NCBI GenBank assembly: GCA_951406725.2
Contig: OX597819.1
Coordinates: forward strand, 118,048,001-118,112,000
Source: Octopus vulgaris
Lineage: Eukaryota
Direction of reading: 5' to 3'
Length of the DNA stretch: 64,000 bases
Shown: positions 14,255-28,193 of the stretch, in pieces
Position numbering within the stretch: position 1 is the first letter of the stretch
Layout of the letters: every line of letters starts with the position of its first letter
Made by a program: the position numbers and the translations under genes
The notes under the pieces: model-generated
Databases searched by the model: none
What the model was told of the DNA's origin: nothing
What the model saw: the letters and a program-made list of their open reading frames with translations, nothing else

Positions 14255-15152
14255 TGCTACTACTATTATTATTATTATCTTTATCATCATTATTATTATT
14301 ATTGATAATAGTCTCTTGTGTAGACGAAATATAATTTGATATTATGAATTACTATAATGCATATACTCAGTGTATATATATCCACAAACACACACACACT
14401 CACACACACACATACACACACACACACACACACCCACGGGGACACTCACAACACCCACGAACACATACACGCGGGCATACAACATTGCCTTTCGTTTTCC
14501 ACTATTTCGAATAATACTAACGTCAATATAATGAATTCTTATACCCTAGTTTACAAGGTAAATTCCATTCAAACAAATGAAAGTTATCAATTTTGGAGTA
14601 TTTTATTTAGCTAAATGAAGACTTCTATTTGCCGTGCAGCACGTGTGATAGTGGATAAGTCATCAGGGCAAGAAGAACTGCCAGATATATGTGGCTCAAT
14701 TACTTATCATCTGTATTCGTATTTCTGACAAGAATAGAAGAATACGCTGGGTCGCAACCGACAAACGCTAAATGATCAGTGAAACTTCAATGATAAAATA
14801 TAGGCATATCTCATAAACCTTGAATGTAGCGGATCCATTCTTGTCAAATCTAAACAAAAGTGCGCATGTCACTTGGAGGACTACTTAAAAGAGAAATCAC
14901 GTTTGAATAAAGCTCGAAGTCGAGTTGCAGCCATTATTTACCAGCGTCTATACGACTATCAATCAATCAGTCAATCAGTCAATAAAACCACCATTCAATC
15001 ATTCAGTGAATGAATGAATGAATCAATCAATGAATCAATTTATCTCCCTGTCTCTCCCTTTCTCTCTCTCTCTCTCGTTCTCTCCGTATATATTTATTCG
15101 TATATACTTACATACCATCCCGTAAACATGTACAGCACTCATAGACCTATAA

Positions 15153-15263
<111 letters not shown>

Positions 15264-15988
15264 GGAGTGTGTGCGTGTGTGAGTGTGTGTGTGTATGTGT
15301 GCGTGTGTGTGTGCACCTGTGCCTGTACGTAAGTATGTATGTTTGTGTATATATAAATACGTGTGTGTGAGTGTGCATGTATATATACATATATTTATAT
15401 TCGAAGATTACTATGATACCAGTATTCCTTTCTATGATCTACACAAATATATATATATATATATATACGTACAAAAAAATATAGGAGGCGGAGGGTGTAT
15501 ACACCTATGTATGTGTGTGTCACTTAATAAATGTAGCCCTTTGTTTTCTTATATAGAGATATCGGCAATGATTTATGAATCAATCACCTTTTCAATTTAG
15601 TTCTCTTCACAATGACTTCATTACGCACGTACCAGTTCCATTTATCGCTAATTTGCTTTTAAATGACTGGAAAATAAATAGGAAAAAAATGTCTAAATAT
15701 AGCGAGAAATATATCTATTGTCCATTTACTGAAGACAACTTAAGATTTCTCATTCTCTATATCTTTTTTTTCCTTCATTTTTCCTGTATATTTCTATCAT
15801 ATATATCAGCTATTATCTTAAGTAATAATATCTATACAGCACCGTTTATATATACACATACATACATACATACATACATACATACATACATACATACATA
15901 CATACATAGTACATACATACATATATATGTGTGTGTATGTGTATATATGTAGATATATACATACATGCATATACACGTACATACATGC

Positions 15989-16041
<53 letters not shown>

Positions 16042-16085
16042 TATATATATATATATATACATATATATCTATACACACACACACA

Positions 16086-16138
<53 letters not shown>

Positions 16139-16817
16139 GATTCGGTTGAATTCGGTACTTAAATTGAGGCACTTTGTTAGGTCGACCTAATTTGCAGACC
16201 CCAAACAATATAAGGTGAATTTCAAGGTCTGTGCATAAGTGCTTGCACTTGATATTCTTCATGTATAGGCAGATCCCACGACTCAAATAGATGAATTATC
16301 CCACCCCACTAACCTTAATTTCTAGTATGTAGGACAGTACATAAACTAATTTCTAAACTCATTCTGCCTAAGAAATAGCAGCAGAATCAATGAAAATATT
16401 TTGAGTTCCATAGGAGATGCGAACATATTAAAGCAGTTGGTTTGTCCTCTGCGCATGAAGTTTATTCTGTCATCTGACGAAAACGGTTTCTTTGCAATAG
16501 CGTAATGTTTTCCGTAATCAATTAAAGGAGTCGTTTGAAACGGCCGCGATGAATTGACGCTTGTGCCTCTTTGTTATGCATACATACATACATATATACA
16601 TATACATATGCATATAATGATATATATACACTTTTGAATATTGCTGGTCAGGGAATCTTGATGTTGAAATAGGACAAACTGGTGATATGTGGAATGTTTT
16701 TCTTTTCAAATATCTAAACAAGTTTCTCACATGATGTAGCATCAATATTCTTCAAGAAACTAAACTCGTTGAAACAGGTGTAGTGAAATATCCATTATCC
16801 ATCTGTTTCTAATTGTA

Positions 16818-16885
<68 letters not shown>

Positions 16886-16902
16886 TGTGTGTGTGTATGT
16901 GG

Positions 16903-16948
<46 letters not shown>

Positions 16949-17674
16949 ATGTGTGTGTGTTCATATGCATATCTGTGTTACTCTCTATATAATAACGTCT
17001 GCGTATGTGTATATTTGCTTTCTATGATTTACTGATATTTCCTTTGTAAATGTCGATATGCGTCAAATGTTGCATGTTTTTCTTCGATGTCATTAATTTA
17101 GAATACAATGATGGACAGATCTCCTAACTGACTTTGATTCTCAGTGAATGTGATTATACTTTGTATGTCCGATAAGAAAAAAATATGAGGAAGTTTTCTT
17201 TTCTCTTGTTAATATCTGTAGTATACGATGCTTGTAAGTTTATCGTTTAGCAATAGTGAATGATCTTAGTGTGACACGCATTGCAAATTAAAATGTACAG
17301 TCTATGTGTTCTTTTGAAGTGCTTTGGGTTTCATTTATGGATGAGTCAAATTAAATGAGCATTGAAGCTTGTTATTTCGCTCTTATCTTTCATCAAATTC
17401 CGAACGGAAATCTTCCTTCTGCACAACCTTCTAACTACGTTAACAAGTTCTTGCAATGGTTTGTAAATACTTTTTCAGTAAATATTTCTATCAGATGCTT
17501 AAAAGTCAAAACCTTGATAAATCGGCGACGAGAAATAGGCCACCGTGCACCATGAGACTTGTTCTGAATTTCGACCAGATATATTTTCAATGCTTACGTG
17601 TGATCGTGTGAACTATACAGAATCTACTATGTTGTTTCTTGCCAATATATCGTGATAAATGTAGAAGCGTGGCA

Positions 17675-18660
17675 CAATAATCACCTTGAACTGCAATACA
17701 CTGGTCGCAGCATTTCTGCTATTTTGGAATGCTTCCTGGAAGACGTTTTCGTTAAGCGATTCACTCTGGATTTCGACAACGGCATTAAAACGGCAACATT
17801 TGAGAGGCCTTAAAATCCTGGGAAAGTCAGCAAATATTAAATCTAGTAAATAGGGTGGGCGCTTTTTACGAGAAACTCACCACTGTGGAGAGCTCGCTGA
17901 CTGCGTGCATTGTCGTTGTGAAGAATCCAATTCTCCGGCCTCCTCAGTTTCGGTCGTTTTCGCTGAATTTCTTCGCCTAAATGTTTAAAAACGTCACTGT
18001 AGAATTCTCGAATGGATTGACGTTCTGGCCATGAGGGACAAATTCTCGATGCGCAATACCATGAATGTCGAAAAACCTTGAGTTTCCTCTTGATTGAGCT
18101 GCGGATCAGTTGTGCCATCTAAGGGATTATGGGCTCTTCCTTTGTGATGACTGTTGCTTCGTTTCTGGGTCGTACCCGCAGACATAACACTCAATACCGG
18201 TGATGATCCTCGACATGAACGATGGGTCATTAGTGGCAGGCTGACAGAGATCTTGACAGACTTCGACATGATTCTCTTTCTGCTCGGTAGTCAGCAAGCA
18301 GTGCGAAATAAGGATTGACTGCACGGATCCATATGATAGACCAACAACTTCAGCATTGTCGTTTATTATCCTTCGACGATGCATATGCAAAAGCTGATGA
18401 ATTTTTTTCCACATATCCATTGCTGATGTTGGTGTTGGTGTTGGTGGTGTGTGTGTGTATACGTGGGTGAGGGAGAGTCATTTGTGCCAGTTCTTCCAGA
18501 TCTTTCATTGTCCTCCCGAAAGGATCTCCTACTTTTGAATTGCCCGTGGCCCTCGAAATGTTACGCACAACCCATTGCCACGTCACCGTAAGCTTCCCAA
18601 AGCATGCACGTTTCTGTAGCGGACTTCCCAAGTTTAATGCAAAATTTCACGTCTTTGTTC
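17675..18660 (-). mobile_element. Decayed mariner-family transposase
   Basis: Across frameshifts: VKFCIKLGKSATET.MLWEAYGD; AEVVGLSYGSVQSIL; LLTTEQKENHVEVCQDL; MSRIITG.E.YVCGYDPETKQQSSQ; NWILHNDNARSQ; C-terminal CIAVQGDY. Confidence 0.9.
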
Positions 18661-19309
18661 CAAATCCCGGTCCATGACAAAATTGAATATGAAATATCTT
18701 GATCACAAAGGCACAAATTGCACAAATTGCAAAGTATACACTGATATGTCAATCGACACACCGCCTCACGAACGACACGCAAAATGTCAAATCATAATGT
18801 CAAATGCAGCGACATTTTAAATTATATGACAACTACGTTTCCATATTTTAGGTACAAGTAGCAGTATCAATGGTCGTCCTATGAATACGTTTAGGCTTAC
18901 AACCTCAGAAGTGATATTTATCAAAGAAGCACATCAATCAATATAAACCTATCAAATTCTGTTTAATAGTATCGAATACAATGCTTCAAAATGCAGAGCT
19001 AACATGTATGTTCCCACAGGACTTCTGGGATACTGTGATGCGTATGACTTCAATGAGTACAGAATAAATAGATTTAAAACAATAACCTAAGTCCATTCAC
19101 AATTTGCCGTGAATAAGATAAATGAATGGATAACATCCGTTTTGAAACAATGGCTGTCAGAAACATTTTAAATGTTCATCATATCTTCTGCGACTGTCCT
19201 GATATCAGACAAGCTAATTCTACTGATAATGTTCACTAAGGTTGTGAAATAACACTAGTAAGTTATACAATATAGAACTATAGATAGCCAAATCATAAGT
19301 GTGTTCTTA

Positions 19310-19367
<58 letters not shown>

Positions 19368-19444
19368 CATCTATCTATGTACTACCTATAGATATGTATT
19401 ATCTATGTATATATATGTGTGTGCATATATATATGCATTGCATA

Positions 19445-19483
<39 letters not shown>

Positions 19484-19489
<6 letters not shown>

Positions 19490-19679
19490 TATATAGAAGG
19501 AGTTTACAGGACTAGTACTGTTTCATTCAAGAGAAATCTTCAGGAAACTTCCTGAAGATTTCTCTTGAATGAAACAGTACTAGTCCTGTAGAAGCTCCTT
19601 CTATATAATAAATTAATTTTACTCTGCTATGTATTGAGTACCTTACTTACTGTGGTTAACCCCGAATCAACCCGGGACC

Positions 19680-19682
<3 letters not shown>
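19484..19682 (+). mobile_element. Fold-back element with hammerhead motif between (TA)n tracts (HHR family 1, copy 1)
   Basis: ~63-bp inverted arms 19484-19546 / 19549-19613 plus a unique 70-bp tail; second copy at 39003-39199. Confidence 0.85.
19548..19594 (+). ncRNA. Type I hammerhead ribozyme motif (family 1)
   Basis: cttc-CTGAAGA-t ttc tctt gaa t-GAAACAG tactagtc CTGT-A-gaag: stem I cttc/gaag, intact core, stem III ACAG/CTGT, GUA triplet, palindromic ACTAGT in loop 3. Confidence 0.75.
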
Positions 19683-19742
<60 letters not shown>

Positions 19743-19768
19743 GGGTGTGTGTGATTGTGTATAGAAGA

Positions 19769-20211
19769 ATATATTAATAAAAGGAATTCCAACCTTGTCT
19801 GATTTTCACGTTTTATTTACAATCTTATAATGATATAAGGTAATATAATATAATATAATATAATAAAATAAAATAAAATAGTAGAATGTTAAATGTTCAT
19901 TCTGATTGAACCAGTACTTTCATGTATTAAATTCTGCAATATTCAGGTTCATGTAGTAGTGGTGACAGTCATGCTTCACAATTTTTGACTGTCAAAAATT
20001 GTGAAGCGTGACTGTCACCACTATTACATGAACCTGAAGATTTCAGAATTTAATGCATGAAAGTACTAGTTCAATCAGAATGAACGTTTAACATTTTATT
20101 ATTTTATTTTATTTTATTTTATTTTATTATATTATATTATATTATATTATATCATTAAAAGATTGTAAATAAAACGTGAAAATCAGACAAGGTTAGAATT
20201 CCTTTTATTAA

Positions 20212-20216
<5 letters not shown>
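19769..20216. mobile_element. ~450-bp palindromic fold-back element with hammerhead motif in each arm (HHR family 2)
   Basis: Arms of ~220 bp around a 1-nt centre at 19990 (tttttgac-t-gtcaaaaa); (TA)n directly on the right and ~30 bp away on the left. Confidence 0.9.
20029..20073 (+). ncRNA. Minimal type I hammerhead ribozyme motif (family 2)
   Basis: tgaac-CTGAAGA-t(t/g)ca gaatttaa tgcat-GAAA gtac T-A-gttca: 5-bp stem I and palindromic stem III AGTACT; the opposite arm supplies tgca for stem II. Confidence 0.75.
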
Positions 20217-20281
<65 letters not shown>

Positions 20282-20347
20282 AAGTGCCAACGCACGAATC
20301 ACTCGGATCTAGAGTCCATATGTTACATCTGAATATTGATAAAAATG

Positions 20348-20378
<31 letters not shown>

Positions 20379-20971
20379 TTTAAGTCCTATCATTCCTGTT
20401 TGCATTAATATATATATGTGTGTGTGTGAGTGTGTGTGTCTGTGTGTGTGCGTATTTGCGTGTGTGTGTGTGTCTGCGCATAGGATGATAGTTTTATAAC
20501 ATCAGTAAGCTGAAATTCAATTTCGTTAAAACCGAGGAGCAAATATAAAAATAGGATTGCAGCTACAAGTGCTCAGGTGACACCGAGGCGAAAAGAGAAA
20601 TAAAACAAATCTCTCCACTGTTGCTTGTGTTGTTGTTGCTGTTGCAGCTACTGCTGCTTTTGCTGTCCCTGTTATAGCAGCACCACAGATGCGAATGAAT
20701 TACGTATGTTAAAACAAATTTTGCTTTGGCTTCCCGACAAAAATAAACATCCTGACAAAAATAAAATTTAAAAGTCTAATGTAAGCTTCGAACAATTCAT
20801 AGTCACCTTTATATCGTAGAGTTGGATATTTAATTTACAAAGCTTGTGCAATATTTAATATTACACGAGATTCAACGCCCTCAATCAACAGCTCCCAGTG
20901 AACTCTTACTCCTTCTGCTCTGTCAATCACTTAGAATTCTTTATTTTATAGCAACGAGAAAATCTACCTTT

Positions 20972-21280
20972 GTGGAGTCACATGGCCTAGTGGTTAGAGC
21001 AGTGGACACGCAGTGGAGGGATCGCGTGTTCGAATCTCAGACCGTGTGATGTGTGTGTTTAAGAGCGAAACACCTAAGCTTCACGCGGCTCCGGCAGAAA
21101 GTAATGGCGAACTTCTGCTGACTCTTTCGCCACAACTTTCTCTCACTCTTTCCTCCAGCATCTTCCAGCTCACATGCGACAGATAGGCGTCCCGTCCAGG
21201 TGGGGAACCTATACTCCAAGAAAACTGGGAAACCGGCCCTTATGAGCCAGGCATGGCACGAGAAGGAACAAACAAAAAAT
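20972..21280 (+). mobile_element. tRNA-derived SINE (family C head, different tail)
   Basis: tggagtcacaTGGCCTAGTGGttagagc...GTTCGAATC; gagcgaaacacctaagc...ggctccggcag shared with 1608-1911; tail ggcgtcccgtccaggtgggg...gaaaccggcccttatgagcc. Confidence 0.85.
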
Positions 21281-21695
21281 CTATCTTTAGTCACAATGGG
21301 GTGAGCGGAAACTTTCTAGATCACTCCTAAATATATATATGCAATGTTATTACCGGTTCCAATAAGATTCGTTGAGATTCGTAAGCATGCCATTCACAGT
21401 ATTTTTCATGGAGGAAATTTCTCACTGTAAACGAACGATATAAATACACCCATATCAGTGCTTAGCGCTCCAGCCCCATGATTTAATTACGATGAGCTGT
21501 TGATTTGACTGGAATAACATGAAGGGAGATTGTGTCTCCTATAATTTCGCAGCGTATTGCCAGGTATCTATTGCCAGCGAATCGCCAGGTGTCTATCAGA
21601 AGATAATCAGTCTGAAATGCTTGCATCTCATAGTCTTGGTAGTTGGTGCTGCGTGTACATTTGGTTGCATTTATACAGCAAGAAATTTTCTCCAT

Positions 21696-22110
21696 GGCGG
21701 CAAGCTGGCAGAAACGTTAGCGCGCCAGGCGAAATGCTTAGCGGTATTTTATCTCTCGTTACGTTCTGAGTTCAAATTCCGCCGAGGTCGACTTTGCCTT
21801 TCGTCCTTTCGGGGTCAATAAATTAAGAACTAGCTACGCACTGGGGTCAATGTAATCGACTTAATCCCTTTGTCTGCCCTTGCTTGTCCTCTCTGTGTTT
21901 ATCCCCTTGTGGGTAGTAAAGAAACTGGTATTTCATCTGTCGTTACGTTCTGAGTTCAAATTCCGCCGAGGTCGACTTTGCCTTTCATCTTTTCCGAGTC
22001 TATACATTAAGTACCAGTTACGCACTGTGGTCGATGTAATCGACTTAATCCCTTTGTCTGTCGTTGTTTGTCCCCTCTATGTGTAGCTCCTTCTGGGCAA
22101 TAAAGAAGTA
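21696..22110 (+). mobile_element. SINE family B followed by a tandem partial second copy
   Basis: gttacgttctgagttcaaattccgccgaggtcgactttgcc occurs at ~21757 and ~21942. Confidence 0.85.
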
Positions 22111-22284
22111 AGACATGTTCTACATAACATAACACAGTGTATGTCTTGTTTACAAGTCCGAACGAGCTATTAGCATATCTTTCTCTCTCTCTCACTCTTC
22201 TCTCTCTCTGTCATTCTTTCTGTCTCTCTCTCTCTCTATCTATCTCTCTCTCTTGCACGCCATCAATCAAATAATGAATGGTCG

Positions 22285-22442
22285 GTTACACGGTTTCTAT
22301 ATTGTATATATAACTTCCCCCACAAAAGACGCTGGTCCGTAGCAGGATTATACATCTTTGCTAGCCGAGTGGACAGAGACAACATGAAATGAAGTGTTTT
22401 GGCCAAGAATACAATGCATCTCCCGGGCCTGGAATCGAAACA
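22285..22442 (-). mobile_element. Diverged SINE fragment related to 63226-63470
   Basis: Minus strand gtttcgattccaggcccggg...gttcttggccaaaacacttcatttc...ccactcggctagcaaa...cctgctacggacca. Confidence 0.6.
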
Positions 22443-22837
22443 TCTACAACAAAAATGATTGCCACAAAACAATATATAAAATGCTTAAGTGACAACCCTC
22501 TAAACAAGACAGCAACGACTCACGCCCTCCCTTCCTCCTCAACACATACATGCACGTGTAAATACATACATACGTACAGACATAGATACATATCGACATA
22601 CACACATAACCTGTATAAGTTTGGATTTGCAGAAAAATACAATCTGTAAATTGAACAGTAAATTCATGTGAGACTTTTCTCAGGTTTCAACTGTGATATT
22701 GTTTGTTTTCTATATTCCAACGATGGAGATTTGTATTTTTGTTAGGAACCAGTTTCTTCGTCAGAATAAGAATTTAAATGATTAAAAACAGAAACGACAT
22801 ACGTATATAGATACATACATACACATATACATACATG

Positions 22838-22881
<44 letters not shown>

Positions 22882-22909
22882 CACATATACACACACATAA
22901 ATGTATATG

Positions 22910-22975
<66 letters not shown>

Positions 22976-23684
22976 CTTCCGGGTTCGTATGGTTCAGACG
23001 TGATTCCCTGTGCTCATGGAAAACCGTAAAAAGTATTTCGAACAAAACAGTAAGCTTATCAGGAAAGTATACTAAAATGCAATAGATCTATAAAATTATG
23101 AGATTTTTGAAATCACCTACATAAATATACTGAGCAGAACGAATCTTCCACAAAACACGAAGTCAAAACACCGCTGTTTCTTCGACGAAGAACTTCCCCC
23201 ACGTGCTTGAGGAAAAGTCGAGAAAATTCTTGAGATCCACCACAACTTTAAGAAAAACTCGAGATATAATAAGATAAGTATACGTGCATTTTCTATAATT
23301 AAATTAGCGATAGGTTCCGAAAAAAGGTTATATATTATCGATTCTCACTTTCTGTATTTTGTTTTTGTTTCTGACCTATCCGACGACATTTCCTATTTTC
23401 ATTTTCTTTTCTTTCCTTCTCTTCTACTCTTGGTATATAAAGTTTTCTTTCTTACAACGTCTGATAAATACTGGCTTTCTATTTCTTCTAACCCGTTCGT
23501 TTATTTTTGCTATAATTTAGGCAAGCGTTTCGTATCAATTCGAATGAATCACTTTTCATTCAGGAGCTTACAAAACAAAAACAAACCAAACCAAGAGGCA
23601 ATATATATATTTCATGTAACTTTCACTTTGTTTTATCTCAATCAATTTGATCTTGTTTACACGCACATAGACACACACACACAA

Positions 23685-23724
<40 letters not shown>

Positions 23725-23725
<1 letters not shown>

Positions 23726-24129
23726 GGTGCAGGAGTGGCTGTGTGGTAAGTAGCTTGCTAACCAACCACATGGTTCCGGGTTCAGTCCCACTGCGTGGCA
23801 TCTTGGGCAAGTGTCTTCTGCTATAGCCCCGGGCCGACCAATGCCTTGTGAGTGGATTTGGTAGACGGAAGCTGAAAGAAGCCTGTCGTATGTATATATA
23901 TGTGTGTGTATGTGTGTGTGTTTGTATGTCTGTGTTTGTCACCCTAGCATTGCTTGACAACCGATGCTAGTGTGTTTACGTCCACGTCACCTAGCGGTTC
24001 GGCAAAAGAGACCAATAGAATAAGTACGGGGCTTACAAAGAATAAGTTCCGGGGTGGATTTGCTCGAATAAGGGCGGTGCTCCAGCATGGCCGCAGTCAA
24101 ATGACTGATAGAAGTAAATGAGTAAAAGA

Positions 24130-24130
<1 letters not shown>
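23725..24130 (+). mobile_element. Full-length SINE family A
   Basis: Highly similar to 9202-9634 from head to tail. Confidence 0.9.
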
Positions 24131-24205
<75 letters not shown>

Positions 24206-24364
24206 TCTTTGTTTCTCTCCTGGTTTCCTTCTCTGTGCCTTTCTGTGGAAGAGCGTAGGATCGAAACGTTAAATATTGTTTCAATTCCCGAGCGTTATAC
24301 AAATACATCTGTTTCTTTTCTTGACCACCTGTTATCGTCTCTTGTATTTTTTGTGAATTCTCCC

Positions 24365-24398
<34 letters not shown>

Positions 24399-24806
24399 CA
24401 TACATATATATATATATATACTTCTCTCACTTGCAAATAACACATCTCAAACTATTTTTACTAGAATCAATCAATATCCTATCTCTCTCTCCCCTAACTC
24501 TCACTTTCTCTAAATATATTCCGATTGGTCGTTTCTCATATATATATATATATATATATGAGAAAACAAAAGATAAAACAAAGACGTAACAAAACATCCA
24601 AACAGACGATACAAAAAAAGTAAAGGAAAAAACAGGAACGGGTCATTCGGAGTTTCTTATACTCAGTCGACTTCTAGATTGTCATTGTAGAAAACAAAAC
24701 GGTGAAATGTTACAGAATTACAAATAAAATGACAGGATATTAACAACAGGTGTCTTTAGACTATGTATATATATATACATATATAAACACACACACACAT
24801 ATATAC

Positions 24807-24856
<50 letters not shown>

Positions 24857-24879
24857 TTATATACATTTATATATGTATT

Positions 24880-24917
<38 letters not shown>

Positions 24918-24920
<3 letters not shown>

Positions 24921-25053
24921 TTAAATAATGAGTGCGATAAATTGAATATTAATTTAATTAATATCAATTTAAAACTAATAGCCTAGCATATAAATTGATT
25001 TTAAAGTGATATTAATTAAATCAATATTCAATTTATCTCCCTCATTATTTAAA
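24918..25053. repeat. AT-rich fold-back hairpin; related sequence at ~25530 and ~36810
   Basis: atttaaataatgag..gataaattgaatatt... pairs with ...aatattcaatttatc..ctcattatttaaat. Confidence 0.75.
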
Positions 25054-25239
25054 TGTTAAAATAATGATGTTCTCTAATAGGCAACATTAACTGCAGTAAA
25101 TTATTTGCTGCAGTTTTTGTTTCCGGAATTTAGCGCGCCAGAACTCAGACATTTGAAATTAACCCCAATGAATCGGTGGAATTAGCACGTGTCTGTTTTT
25201 ATAGTGGTTAGTTTTGCAAATTATATTGCATTTGGAACG

Positions 25240-25314
25240 ATCGCACTGACGAGTCCTACGGACGAAGGGTTGCGTAAGTAATTTATTCGTTAATAGGCGA
25301 AATCGGTTTGCGAT
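25240..25314 (+). ncRNA. Type I hammerhead motif with long stem II insert (family 3)
   Basis: atcgca-CTGACGA-g(t)ccta...tagg c-GAAA tcgg T-T-tgcgat: 6-bp stem I and near-palindromic stem III; an alternative short stem II GTCC-tac-GGAC is also present. Confidence 0.65.
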
Positions 25315-25484
25315 TAATTCTTGTTTTTTTATATAATTTTCATCTGTCTTTCTCGACTATTTTTCTGGTGTCCGCTGAATAATTCCCTAGAGAACATTCT
25401 TTTATCTTTGTAGTTCGATCGTAGGTGATCTATTTCTAGCATATGGCTGTTCACATATTGGCTTTTAGCTCTTAAAATATACCC

Positions 25485-25521
<37 letters not shown>

Positions 25522-25637
25522 GTGAAAACTTGAATATTAATTTAATTAATATCAACTTAAAACCAGTGGTGTAGCATATAGAAAAATCTGAAGCTTAAGA
25601 AAAATTATGTCACATACATATAAGTGGGATGATCACT

Positions 25638-26102
<465 letters not shown>

Positions 26103-26125
26103 GTATATATATATATTATATATAT

Positions 26126-26163
26126 AGGCGCAGAAGTGGCTGTGTGGTAAGTAGCTTGATAAC
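26126..26163 (+). mobile_element. SINE family A, segment 1 of a copy interrupted twice
   Basis: aggcgcagaagtggctgtgtggtaagtagcttgataac is the family A head; it resumes at 28194. Confidence 0.85.
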
Positions 26164-28193
26164 ACACATGCGCAGTTAGTCAGTTGCTTCCTGTTCAGCC
26201 AGAGTGGACGCGAGTCAACCAGCTCCGTCCAATTAAAGAAAAAAGACCAAAAACGGAAAGTTGTCGAGGTAAGTGATTTTGTTTATTGTCAGTTGGGCAT
26301 AATTTATTGCCTGCCAATTATTATTTCAGTAAGTCGTGTCCAACTCTGAGACAATTTCGCCTGCTCTCGGCGGCTGCCGTTTTTGTGTTTATTGAAAAAA
26401 AAAAACAGTGGAGGGGCGTATCCGTCCTCGATAAATTGAGTGAATATTTTTTTCACGTAATTGTGAGAATTGTATTGTGCTGTAAAGAACTTTTTGTGAA
26501 AACTGCTATATAGGGGAGTATTTTGCCTCCGAAGCTTGAACAAGTTTTACCAATTTTACACCAAGTTTTGTGGAAGTTGTGCGTTCCTGGTTCAATTTAG
26601 GCCGGGAGTACCAAATGGCCAGAAGGTTTTTGCTGTGTTATTGACTTTCTTTTTAACTTTATTTGACTTTCTTTTAACTTTATTTGACTCTCTCCTTTTT
26701 CACTGTGACTTTCTTCGGATTTCCTTTTCCTCTCGATTTTTAGTTTTACTCTGAATACATTTAAAAAAAAAACAAAAAAAAAAAAGAACATGGCAATGAA
26801 AAATAACAAACTTTTGGAATGGGAGATCATACCGCCTAAAAAGTGGTTAAAAGACAGTGAAGATGGGATGGTGGTGTTGAGAACCTACTCCAATCACTCG
26901 ACACCATCGCCCTGTTCGAAAAGACGGCAATTGAAAAGGAGTTGGAAGAGTATTTGCCAACAATTAAATTCATTTCCAGGGGTGTCAAATATGCAACGGT
27001 GTGGTTGCTATTTGACACCCCTGAAGAGGCTTGCAAATTTACTAGCAAACCCCTGGAGGGTAAGGAAATCTTATTCCTGCCCACGTACAAAAAAAAAGAA
27101 ATTGATGAAAGCTTGGATTTGCGGTCTGCCACCCGACATAGAACCCGAGTGGATAGAGGAAACTATCCGCCGGGGTCTGGGTGGCAGCGAAACTAAGCTC
27201 CTTAATGTAAAAGTTCTTCCTGCGGCTGCTTGGGTTGGGTCAAAAGCAATTTTGACCCTGTGGACTCAATCAGCCAATCTGGTTCTTCCAGATTTTTTGA
27301 AAATGGCCGGGTGCAGGTACCCGGTGATGCTTGAGGGTCGCCCCCCTAAGTGTCATCGGTGCTTGGAGTCCGGCCACATAAAGAAGAACTGTCCCCGGGA
27401 ACAAAATAGGATCCCGGAACAGTTAAGTAAAACCCCTCTAGAAGAGAGAATGATAACGGCCGAGAAAGCAGAGGACTCCTCAAACAGAGGCCGAAAGAGG
27501 AAGGTGAGCAACAATGGGTATTCACCAAAGGATAATAGGGAGGAGGAGAGGAAGGCGAATCTTCCAGCAACGGAGGAGACGACCCTCCCTCAGTTGAAAA
27601 GGGAAAAGAAAAGAAAAAGAGGAAGAAAAACGGGACATTACCGACTGTCAGTGTAGCACCGGAATGTCCCGGAACTACGTCGGTTGGGGTTGTGCCACCG
27701 ACAAGAGAAGGAATACCGTTGGCGGGAACTGTGCCGCCACCGAAAGAACTGAACGTATTGGTCCTCTTCTATAGAGGAGGAGAAATTGAAAAAGTGATGG
27801 AAGAGCATGGGCTAAAGGAGCTCAATGAAGACTATAACTTGGTCCCGGGCGACGCTGACTGGGAACTTGATTTCGTTCTGAGGGAGGCGTGGTTGATGGT
27901 GGAGGGCGCGGGCACAAGCGACTTCGAGGACGATATGTAATTATTGAACTGTTATTATTAGTAATGGACTGGTAAGTCCAAAAATTGAAAAATTGTAAGA
28001 GGTTTAATACCTCGTTTTGTGTTTATCCTTAAAAAGAACAATGTTTTAGAGAAGCGAAAGTCGACGGGCGCTTTTTGTCTTCTCCCATCCTTATCATCTT
28101 TCTTTCATTATCATTCACTTCATTAATGTCCTCGTCCAGCCCGCAAAGCTAACTTAATTTGTGTACTGCCTTTATGGCAAATGTTTTGAAATA
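26164..28193 (+). mobile_element. ORF1-only non-LTR retroelement (HAL1/half-LINE-like), ~2.03 kb, 15-bp TSD
   Basis: Direct repeat aagtagcttgataac at 26149-26163 and 28194-28208; ends at AATAAA (28190-28195); contains a ~625-bp 5' region, one gag-like ORF and a ~250-bp 3' UTR; no EN or RT. Confidence 0.8.
26790..27940 (+). pseudogene. LINE ORF1/gag-like protein with CCHC zinc knuckle, about 3 frameshifts
   Basis: Reconstructed: MAMKNNKLLEW...VLRTYS / KTAIEKELEEYLPTIKFISRGVKYATVWLLFDTPEEACKF...LFLPTY / KKLMKAWICGLPPDIEPEWI...EGRPPKCHRCLESGHIKKNC (CX2CX4HX4C), basic tail / ...DFEDDM*. At least one shift falls in an A run (27089-27097). Confidence 0.8.

Noticed and set aside
24243-24275. Hammerhead-like tggaagagcgtaggatcgaaacgtta
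   Set aside because: The core lacks CUGA and the stems are weak; possibly a decayed copy but not supportable alone.
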